Both the position numbers and the translations under genes were made by a program. Source: Chlamydiales bacterium (lineage in GTDB: Bacteria > Chlamydiota > Chlamydiia > Chlamydiales > Simkaniaceae). Taken from it: a DNA stretch of 64,000 bases. The stretch is from the NCBI GenBank assembly GCA_024233515.1, contig JACKPO010000008.1:10581-74580 (forward strand), given 5' to 3'. Shown piece by piece: positions 56,663-64,000 of the stretch; positions within the stretch are counted from its first letter, which is position 1, and each line of letters begins with the position of its first letter. Below the pieces are notes generated by a model. That model ran no database searches and was not told the origin of the DNA. It worked only from the letters and a program-made list of their open reading frames with translations.

Positions 56663-57310
56663 ATGAAACTTTTCGCTCTCTTTTTCCTCTTTGTCTCAAC
56701 CCTATTTGCAGATGTCACCTACATCTATAACAAGGATGTTGAAGGGCGGGAATCGAAAACAACATGGAAACTTGAGCTCAAAGATGATCTTCTGCATATC
56801 GATGGAGAGAGTCTTAGCGGAAATACGAAAATCGTCACTAATCCCGAGCGGATCACCCAAAGCTTTTCCCATGAGTCAAAAAATGGGCAAGAGGAATACT
56901 CGATCCGCCGCGAAGGGCCCACCCTAATTGCACGAAAAAATGTGAACGGAGAAAAAACAGAGCGCCGCTTTAAAGTCGGAAATGACCTTTGGCTCCAAGA
57001 ATTTGATTTTAGCTTTAAACCATTCATCCACTCGAATTTTCGGGAGCTTAGCTTCTCGATCATTCACCCAAAGAAACTCGATCTTCATGATATGGTGGCA
57101 ACGAAACAAGGATTTGAGCCTCTCAATCTCAATGGGGAGCTGAAAGAAACCCTCCGCGTCAAAGTAACCCTCACCGGCTTTAAAAAGATGTTCTGGCATG
57201 CGGATCTTTGGTTTGATCCCCAAGCGGGAGATCTCCTCATGTACAAGGCAAACGAGGGGCCCAACACTCCAACGAGCGTCATCACCCTCTTCTCCAAAAC
57301 CATCAACTAA
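56663..57310 (+). CDS. Exported hypothetical beta-rich protein
   Basis: ATG at 56663 with a GAGG RBS and signal peptide MKLFALFFLFVSTLFA. Confidence 0.7.
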   Translation: MKLFALFFLFVSTLFADVTYIYNKDVEGRESKTTWKLELKDDLLHIDGESLSGNTKIVTNPERITQSFSHESKNGQEEYSIRREGPTLIARKNVNGEKTERRFKVGNDLWLQEFDFSFKPFIHSNFRELSFSIIHPKKLDLHDMVATKQGFEPLNLNGELKETLRVKVTLTGFKKMFWHADLWFDPQAGDLLMYKANEGPNTPTSVITLFSKTIN

Positions 57311-57323
57311 AGGATTTTTGGGA

Positions 57324-57866
57324 CTAACCACTAGCTGACTTTAATCGTTTAAGTTCTTTTATAAATCGCTGATACTTATCGATAAAACCTTCCTCTTGAG
57401 CCCACTTTTTTACTTCTGCTAGGTTTGCCTTAACCTCAAGGCAAACATCAATTGCCTGAATAAGGCTTTCTTGATCATCCCAATGAAAATAACCTGCAAG
57501 ACGATCTTTGATACAATCCTCGACTCTAAGCAATTGGATCGTGCCACTCCGATTTTTTATTTGACCAAACTGATGAATGGGTTCTCGCCCAACAGCAACT
57601 GGTGGGTTTACAAATTCGATAAAATAGGGACAGTCCTGATGCTTGAAATATCCATTCTTTTCATAGAATCCTCCTAGCGCAAGTACCTTCTTTACTCTCT
57701 TAATTTCCTCAAAAGTAACAAAGTCCAAATCGTATGACTGATATCGATTCTTCGAATAGATGGTGACACAAGCACCCCCCACCAAAATTGCTTCAATTCC
57801 CTCTTTTCTTAATAGCTCAGAAACAAATGCTGCTAATTCATCGATTTTGATATTATTCCAATCCAT
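57324..57866 (-). CDS. Nucleotidyltransferase-like protein (putative toxin)
   Basis: LVGGAC...Y.S.DLDFV pol-beta-like NTase motif; translationally coupled to the upstream wHTH gene. Confidence 0.75.
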   Translation of the reverse strand: MDWNNIKIDELAAFVSELLRKEGIEAILVGGACVTIYSKNRYQSYDLDFVTFEEIKRVKKVLALGGFYEKNGYFKHQDCPYFIEFVNPPVAVGREPIHQFGQIKNRSGTIQLLRVEDCIKDRLAGYFHWDDQESLIQAIDVCLEVKANLAEVKKWAQEEGFIDKYQRFIKELKRLKSASG

Positions 57867-57867
57867 A

Positions 57868-58212
57868 TTACACGGGTCCTAGCGGTTTTCCTTTTCGTCT
57901 GGGTCTTTTTCGTGCAACTCGTTCGTAGTAATCAAGTCGCATCTTTTCAGGAAGGCTTTGATATGCCTTTCGCAAGAACTCTTTTAGTTCTTTTAGAAAA
58001 GGGTAACGAGGATTAAAGCAATAGAGAACCGTTTTCCCTGCAGCCTGCGATACAATAATGCCTCCTTGCTCAAGTCTCTTAAGTGCTTTTTGAATGCTAT
58101 AAACTTGAGAATTGAATATCTTTGCCAACTTCGATGCATAGGTCGATTCATTGACAAGGATATCGAAAAGAACCTTTTCAATTGTAGTATTACCAAACAG
58201 TCTTTCTAACAT
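57868..58212 (-). CDS. Winged-helix DNA-binding protein (putative antitoxin or regulator)
   Basis: LFG....KVL, YAS.LA, IQK.L.RLE.GG..S...GK..LY.FNP; ATG at 58212 with an AAGGTGG RBS. Confidence 0.8.
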   Translation of the reverse strand: MLERLFGNTTIEKVLFDILVNESTYASKLAKIFNSQVYSIQKALKRLEQGGIIVSQAAGKTVLYCFNPRYPFLKELKEFLRKAYQSLPEKMRLDYYERVARKRPRRKGKPLGPV

Positions 58213-58226
58213 ATCTACCACCTTTA

Positions 58227-58242
58227 TTGGTAATATTACCAA
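58227..58242. promoter_or_regulatory. Perfect 16-bp palindrome upstream of the wHTH gene (candidate autoregulatory operator)
   Basis: TTGGTAATATTACCAA lies just upstream of the RBS; a half-site TATTACCAA recurs early in the coding sequence. Confidence 0.6.
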
Positions 58243-58326
58243 ATAAATTGGTTATTGTCAAGAGAGCGATTAAATTTTACTGCAACGAATTGTAAATTAG
58301 ATGGTTGAATACACCAATATACCTAA

Positions 58327-59490
58327 TACCAATCCTAAAATAGTTGTTCATAAACTACACCAAGACCTGGAACAAAGTGTTCGAACCCGATTTGGCGTAT
58401 CCACAAACCAGTTCCATGCTTCACAGCATGCATCAACGATTGCTTCATACCCTTCATAACACCGATTGGCCAGCCAATTATCCCGGAGCATTTGCCAAAT
58501 TTGCTCTACTGGATTTAATTCGGGCGATGCTGGAGGCAGTGGCAGCAATGTCAGGTTATCAAATAGCTGGATTTTGTTTGTTGTATGCCAGGCGGCTTGG
58601 TCCAGAACCAAAACCGCATGCCGTCCCTGAGGAACTTGCTTTGAAATATGTTGTAAATGAGCAATCATAGCAAAACTGTTGACTGCTGGCAAAACCAAGC
58701 CCACAGCCTGATCTTTTGCAGGGCAAACTGCTCCAAAAATGTAGGCATACTCAAACTGCTGCTGGCGCGTCAAGCGCGGTCTGCTACCTTTTGCTGCCCA
58801 CGTCCGAGTCAGGGTACCACGTTGACCTACACGGGCCTCATCTTGAAACCAAATATCGACGTCCTCTAGGGAGACATGTTCTGGAATTGCTTCTTCGACT
58901 TTAGCTTTGAAGTTTTTTTAAAATGCAACTGCGCCTCTTGATCTCCCTTTGGATGCTGAGAGCGTCCCGTAATCCAGACTAATCGGGCCTTTTTCAAAGT
59001 GTTGTAAACAGTCGCTAGAGAACATTGAATACCGTAGTGGTTTTGCAGCAGTTCTCTCACATCTTCTCCCCTAATTCTTCCTCCTTTACGATTGGCTTGA
59101 AGGGCAAGAACTAACTCTCGAAATTCTTCATATTTTTCACTGGGAAGCCGCAGTTGGGCCCCTCCACAGTATTGATCTTTTAATCCATTGATTCCCTTCA
59201 GGCGAAACTTTTTCACCCAAGATGCTACAACTCGATTGCATACCCTAAGCATTTTGGCGACCTTAGACTGAGGGTAGCCGTCCTTTATATGAGCTAAAGC
59301 TAGATATCGCAGTTTTTCTCTTGCACTGGATCTGGGCGACTTTGCTAATTGATCAAAGTCAATCAAATCAAGGCCTTCAATTGGTTTTACAGGTCTTCCT
59401 CTCACCATAATCATCCTCCACTGAAAGAACGAAGTATGATAACACACGTGTCAAGTCAAAGTTTTATGGTTAACCATTTTAGGATTGGTA
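58327..59490 (-). mobile_element. IS630-family insertion sequence (1164 bp)
   Basis: TIRs TACCAATCCTAAAATAGTT / AACCATTTTAGGATTGGTA (18/19 match), flanked by duplicated TAA; encodes HTH and DDE transposase ORFs. Confidence 0.93.
58348..59408 (-). CDS. IS630 transposase expressed via a -1 frameshift
   Basis: OrfA (HTH, ATG 59408, GGAGG RBS) reads ...HFKK over TTTT-A7-C. The -1 frame continues KNFKAK...WFQDEAR...VLDQAAWH...SPELNPVEQIW, giving a complete DDE triad with no stop. Confidence 0.88.
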
Positions 59491-59684
59491 TAACTTGATT
59501 CAAAAGTTGGGAATTTGGCAAGGCGGCTGCGCAAATTTTTTGCCTGTAGAGGGGCGACCATTGTGCGAACACAAGGCGGAGGGTGAAGGCAAGAAATTTG
59601 CTGCAAAGGAGTCGCAGCCAAAAACCAACTTCTGAATCATTTTAGGTATACTCTAGAGAAGGTTCCAAAGAAACAGGGAACTTT

Positions 59685-60932
59685 TTAATCTTCGATGAGG
59701 CGCTGACCTTTGCGGAAGAGGAGGATGACAAGGGCAACGAGGAGGAGGAAAATGGAGGGCATGATGTAGATGGGATTTCCATGGAGGAGCTCGATGACAA
59801 TAAGGCCGAGGACGGCGCCACCGATATTGAGAAAGCTCATGATGGAAGAGGCGTTGGGCTTATCGGGAACGCGGAATGTCGCTAGAACAGCTGCATTGGA
59901 GTAGAAAAGAGGGATCCCAAAATAGACAATGAGCATGGGGAAGAAGAGGGTAAGGGGGCTCCAAAAGCCAAAATAGAGAAGAGCTGCAAGAACCACCACC
60001 CCGATTCCCATCAGGACGATCCCTGTTTTAAGAACGGTTTTAATCTTTAAGTGGTTGGAAAGGCGGGCAGCAGCGAAATTGCCGATAAAATACCCTGCTG
60101 CAGGAATAAGATTCATCAGTCCATAGGTATCGGGACTCACTCCCATCATTTTGATCACAATGACAGGAGCTGTTGCCGCAAAAATATAGATGATCGCCGT
60201 TGTGAAGCTGATCATCACTGAATAGAGGACAAGAATGTTGTTTTTAAAGTCCCTTCTATAGGCAGTGAAGATTGTTTTTGCCTTTGTCGCATCTTTTTCC
60301 TTTATCCCTCCTGTTTCTGGAAGGCGATAGACGAGAAAGAGTGTAAAGAGGGCATAGAGCATCAGAAAATAAAAACAACTTTCCCATCCTAGATAAGCAA
60401 CAAAAAATCCCCCCAGAGCAATCGCTACCCCTGGGATGACGGCAAAGGCAAGCATGGTATAAGCGGTTACTTTTCGGGCATGCTTTTCATAAAAGTAATC
60501 GCTAATCATCAGAAAGGTTAAGCTCAAACCTACACTTGCTCCGAGAGCAGAGATAAGACGAGCCATAACGAGGAGGAAAAAGCTATCAATCGGACCTGCT
60601 AATGCTGAGAGAAGCATGCCAATCAGGGAAATCCCGATTCCCGTATAGAGAGCTGGTTTTCTTCCAAAGGCTTTGGCGAGGGGGCTATAGATGAGTTGCC
60701 CAAGAGAATATCCCACAAGATAGATCATAATGGTGAGCTGAGCTTTCGAAGCATCGATCCCAAAGCGGTCCATAACTGCAGGAATCGCAGGGGTAAAAAG
60801 GGCGGCACCGATCGATCCATAGGAGATTAACACAATGAGCGTTAAAAGAGAGGGCTTTTTGACTTTAAGTCGGTACTCATCGGAATGGGGAAAGTCAGGG
60901 ACGCTCACAAATGATCCTCTCGATTGCATCAA
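59685..60932 (-). CDS. MFS transporter, Bcr/CflA-like
   Basis: FTPAIP, QLTI..YL.G...GQL.Y.PL...FGRKP and LPET; 12 TM segments. Confidence 0.9.
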   Translation of the reverse strand: MMQSRGSFVSVPDFPHSDEYRLKVKKPSLLTLIVLISYGSIGAALFTPAIPAVMDRFGIDASKAQLTIMIYLVGYSLGQLIYSPLAKAFGRKPALYTGIGISLIGMLLSALAGPIDSFFLLVMARLISALGASVGLSLTFLMISDYFYEKHARKVTAYTMLAFAVIPGVAIALGGFFVAYLGWESCFYFLMLYALFTLFLVYRLPETGGIKEKDATKAKTIFTAYRRDFKNNILVLYSVMISFTTAIIYIFAATAPVIVIKMMGVSPDTYGLMNLIPAAGYFIGNFAAARLSNHLKIKTVLKTGIVLMGIGVVVLAALLYFGFWSPLTLFFPMLIVYFGIPLFYSNAAVLATFRVPDKPNASSIMSFLNIGGAVLGLIVIELLHGNPIYIMPSIFLLLVALVILLFRKGQRLIED

Positions 60933-61890
60933 TCCATTTCGGGTGGTCGTTGAGCCCTTCCACTAAATCGAGGACCTCGCCACCTTTGGCTTTAAATAGC
61001 TCTTGATATTGACATCCTATTTCTTCGAGGGTTTCTAAGCAATCACAGACAAACGCCGGAGAAAACACAAGGACCCGTTTCTTCCCCTCCTCAGCAAGTT
61101 TTTCAAGCACATGATCGGAGTAAGGTTTGATCCAAGGAGATTTCCCTAAGCGAGATTGATAGGATAGGGTCCACTTCTCTTTAGGAAGGCCAAGCCCTTC
61201 AGTCATTTTTGTCGTCGTTCCAAAACATTGTGCCGCATAGCAATGGGGATTCTTTGCGCAGCAATCCCTTTTCACCAAACAGGTCCCTGTGTGATCGGCT
61301 TTTTGTATTTGCCGCTCAGGGAGGCCATGATAACTGAAGAGAATGTGATCATAACTGGAGAGATCGTACTCTTTTGCTCGCTCTAAATGGGCCTGTATAA
61401 ACGCAGGGTGGTCCCAATAACTGGAGATAAACCGCATCTCGGGGATCACTTGCCATTTGGAGAGGACCTTTAACACTTTTTCGTGAACAGATCCCGTTGT
61501 AGCCGAAGCATATTGTGGAAACAACGGAAAAACGATGAGCTTTCGATAAGTCTTTAGCTTCTTTAACCCCTCTTCCATCGAAGGATTTTGATACCGCATG
61601 GCAAGTTCAACGTGGTAGGTCTCCCCTAGCTTCTGTTGAAGCCCCTTGGCAACTTTTTTTCCATAGGAAAGAAGGGGCGAGCCCTCCTTTTCCCAGATGG
61701 TTTGATAAAGCTTTGCGGATTCTTTGTACCGTTTCGGAACAATGAGTCCTCGCACGAGAAGATTGCGCTGAAGAGGAGGAAGATCGATCACCCTTCCATC
61801 AGTTAAAAATTCGGTCAAATACCGTTTTACATCTTTAGGATGAGGAGAGTCCGGCGTTCCTAAATTGACAAGGAGAACGCCCGTTTTCAT
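60895..61890 (-). CDS. hemH: Ferrochelatase
   Basis: LLVNLGTP, GSPL, AMRY, PLFPQY, FSYHGLP, YQSRLG..PW..P and F.CDCLETLEE. Confidence 0.96.
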   Translation of the reverse strand: MKTGVLLVNLGTPDSPHPKDVKRYLTEFLTDGRVIDLPPLQRNLLVRGLIVPKRYKESAKLYQTIWEKEGSPLLSYGKKVAKGLQQKLGETYHVELAMRYQNPSMEEGLKKLKTYRKLIVFPLFPQYASATTGSVHEKVLKVLSKWQVIPEMRFISSYWDHPAFIQAHLERAKEYDLSSYDHILFSYHGLPERQIQKADHTGTCLVKRDCCAKNPHCYAAQCFGTTTKMTEGLGLPKEKWTLSYQSRLGKSPWIKPYSDHVLEKLAEEGKKRVLVFSPAFVCDCLETLEEIGCQYQELFKAKGGEVLDLVEGLNDHPKWIDAIERIICERP

Positions 61891-63098
61891 TCGGGCTCCG
61901 GAGCACTTTTCATTTGGCTATACTCCACGTGGCGATACACCGCGTTTAAACCGCAAATTGCTCCACTTAAGATCGAAGAGAATCCGAAGAGGACAAACCC
62001 TTGAGCATAGATATTAAGGTCTCCTAAAACGCCCAAAATCTGAGGGATCACTCCTGCCCCCATAAGGAAACCAAAGGGAGCAATCAGGGAAACAATTGCC
62101 GCGTTTTTATCGGTCGGAACAATGGTTGAGATTGCAAAGTGAATCAGCGGCATTAAGCAGACGGCAACGGGTGATTGGATGGTAAACAACACCAAAGAGG
62201 AGGAGGGGCTCACGGCGCCAATCAAAGTAGTGAGGGCGCCACAGACAATGAAGGCGATCATCATCGATTTTTTGAGACCAAAACGGTCCGCCACCATCCC
62301 TGCAAAAATCGCCGTAAAGATGCTAAGGCCCCTTGCAATGACAATGAGCTTATAAACTGCATCTTTATCGAGAAGATTATGGCGCTGAAAATAGTCAGGA
62401 GCCATATTGTAAATTCCAATATTGAGACCATTGGCAACACATAAAAGGACCATCAGGATCCAAAACGAAGGCCAAGAAAAGACGCTCCGAATAAACCCAA
62501 AGGAGACGGGAACTCCCTTATTATTCCCCTGCTTAAAGAGGAAAAAGAGAACCAAACTGATCACACTTGATGCAAGTCCAAATCCATTGAGGATTTGCTT
62601 CCATGTGAAGGCTTCAATCAGATGCTTGACAAGCATCGGTCCCAAAATAAATGCCACACTCTGCGCTGTTGCAAAGATCCCAAAGGCTTTTCCCATGTGC
62701 TCGCGCGCCACCGTCTCACGGATCATCGCAACTGCAGAGGGGATGAAGAACCCTGAGCAGAGCCCTACCGCGAAGATCGCCATCCGAAAAAACTGGAAAT
62801 CATTTGAAAATGAGGTGATCGCAAGGGCAAAGCCGGTGGTTAAAATCGAGAAGATGACGGTCATTTTGTGGGAAATCTTCGAAGAGAGAAACTGCGAGAG
62901 AAAAAGGGTGATCGCAAAACCAACCGACATAATAAAAAAGAGGTTTCCTGTATCAGCATGACAGAGGTTCATCTCGTCGCAAATATAGGGGGTCATGGGA
63001 GGAAAAATGGTCCGCGCTAAGATGTTCAAAAATGAGGTAAAACTGATCAAAATCAGAAAAGGAACAAACGGGGAAAATTTAACTTTTTCTACTTCCAT
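61887..63098 (-). CDS. MFS transporter
   Basis: 12 TM segments, GMVADRFGLK and MGKAFGIF. Confidence 0.85.
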   Translation of the reverse strand: MEVEKVKFSPFVPFLILISFTSFLNILARTIFPPMTPYICDEMNLCHADTGNLFFIMSVGFAITLFLSQFLSSKISHKMTVIFSILTTGFALAITSFSNDFQFFRMAIFAVGLCSGFFIPSAVAMIRETVAREHMGKAFGIFATAQSVAFILGPMLVKHLIEAFTWKQILNGFGLASSVISLVLFFLFKQGNNKGVPVSFGFIRSVFSWPSFWILMVLLCVANGLNIGIYNMAPDYFQRHNLLDKDAVYKLIVIARGLSIFTAIFAGMVADRFGLKKSMMIAFIVCGALTTLIGAVSPSSSLVLFTIQSPVAVCLMPLIHFAISTIVPTDKNAAIVSLIAPFGFLMGAGVIPQILGVLGDLNIYAQGFVLFGFSSILSGAICGLNAVYRHVEYSQMKSAPEPE

Positions 63099-63168
63099 AG
63101 GGGGCGTGTCTCGTGGATATGAGTTAACGCCTCATTATACACAGAATAGCTCCTTTTAACAAAGACTA

Positions 63169-63735
63169 TTATTGAATCTTCAATCCAGTGATTTTGATCA
63201 TTGTTTGAATCAAATCGTTTTGAGTCAAAATCCCCACAACTTTCTCTGTTTTATCCACGATCGGAACCGCTTCCACTTTTTCATTTGAGAAGACGCTCAG
63301 GATATCGGCAAGCTCCGTTTCAGGATCTGCGCAGAGCGTTTCGGTGTCGATAATTTCGCTGAGCTTTTTTTGGGTCCCCATCTGCAACTGCCGGAGAATC
63401 TCACCTTCGGAGAGGAGTCCTAAAAGCTTCCCCTCCGCGCCGATGATGGGATAATGTTTGATATCATGGTTTTTGATTTGCTCCCATGCTTCTTTCAAAG
63501 AGAGATCATCTTTTAAGGTAATGAGCCGTTTGTTCATGATCTCTTGAGCTGTCGCCACCGCCCGCTTTTTATAAAACTTTTCCTGAGCTTTCAGGAACTT
63601 GGCATGGATTTCGGCCTCATCTTCATCATTAAACTGATGGCCGGGACCACTCTGATCATCCTGCTTATCCTTCTGAATCTCCTGGACCCGGTAGGGCTGC
63701 CGCCCTCCATAGACGTTATTTACAAAAAACACCAT
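63169..63735 (-). CDS. CBS-domain pair protein
   Basis: AQEIM, HYPI...GKLLGLLS..EI and AVPIVD...VVGILT..DL. Confidence 0.88.
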   Translation of the reverse strand: MVFFVNNVYGGRQPYRVQEIQKDKQDDQSGPGHQFNDEDEAEIHAKFLKAQEKFYKKRAVATAQEIMNKRLITLKDDLSLKEAWEQIKNHDIKHYPIIGAEGKLLGLLSEGEILRQLQMGTQKKLSEIIDTETLCADPETELADILSVFSNEKVEAVPIVDKTEKVVGILTQNDLIQTMIKITGLKIQ

Positions 63736-64000
63736 TAAAGCCCTAGGTGGATGCGGGTTTCTTCGGCTTCCATGCGGACCCGTTCAAGCATTCCGCGATT
63801 CATTGCGTAATCTTCGCAAACGTTCATGAGCTTTTTGATCTGCTTTTGGATCCCTCCCCCCACTTCGGAGGCATGATTGATGATTGTATCACGCCAGAGG
63901 GGGAAAAGGGTTTTCATATCATCTTCTGTCTCTTTGGAGGCTTCAAATTCACTCAGAAACGATTGGATCTCCCCTTGAAGGATCTCTTTGGGTCCCGCTT
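63735..64000 (-). CDS. Hypothetical protein, 5' end beyond the window
   Basis: The frame of the 63735-63917 ORF stays open to the window edge; its TAATG overlaps the start of the CBS gene. Confidence 0.6.
   Translation of the reverse strand, partial: AGPKEILQGEIQSFLSEFEASKETEDDMKTLFPLWRDTIINHASEVGGGIQKQIKKLMNVCEDYAMNRGMLERVRMEAEETRIHLGL

Larger units (their letters stand above)
58318..59650. mobile_element. MITE copy 3, interrupted by IS630
   Basis: Left tip TATACCTAA at 58318-58326; remainder TAACTTGATTCAAAAGTTGG...TTTTAGGTATA at 59491-59650. Confidence 0.85.

Noticed and set aside
58344-58904. Plus-strand ORFs 58344-58670, 58657-58869 and 58716-58904
   Set aside because: They are antisense to the IS630 transposase and have no motifs.
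58348-59447. IS630 as a frameshifted pseudogene
   Set aside because: The shift falls on an A7 slippery site at the usual position, and both TIRs and the DDE triad are intact.
13746-59650. The recurring ~165-bp sequence as a CRISPR array, tRNA or riboswitch
   Set aside because: Copies are dispersed with no repeat-spacer periodicity, no cas genes and no cloverleaf. TIRs, the TA duplication and the empty site indicate a MITE.

Overview
Gene-dense bacterial window, most likely from an environmental chlamydia (Simkaniaceae/Rhabdochlamydiaceae-like; inferred from a CdsC-type secretin, several stand-alone OppA genes, dapL and chlamydia-type hypothetical proteins). Housekeeping and transport genes include dapB-dapA-asd-dapL, ddl, hemH, gshAB, an OMF-emrA-emrB pump, several MFS/ABC/MATE transporters and two cyclophilins. 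The most interesting accessory features are: (1) an AT-rich island at about 28.3-33.5 kb, where a secreted protein with a toxin-like N-terminal domain and ankyrin repeats faces a divergent tandem array of four paralogous immunity-like genes; (2) an oppA / MATE / SH2-like / ACT-like-OppA fusion cluster at 41.5-48.8 kb, with a split paralog at 12-16 kb; (3) a 1319-aa fusion of a DUF6119-like nuclease to a USP deubiquitinase; (4) four exported kinase-fold paralogs, one apparently starting at CTG; (5) three copies of a ~165-bp hairpin MITE, one with its empty site visible in the window and one interrupted by an intact IS630. No rRNA, tRNA or CRISPR array was recognised. All family calls come from motifs recognised by eye, not from database searches.
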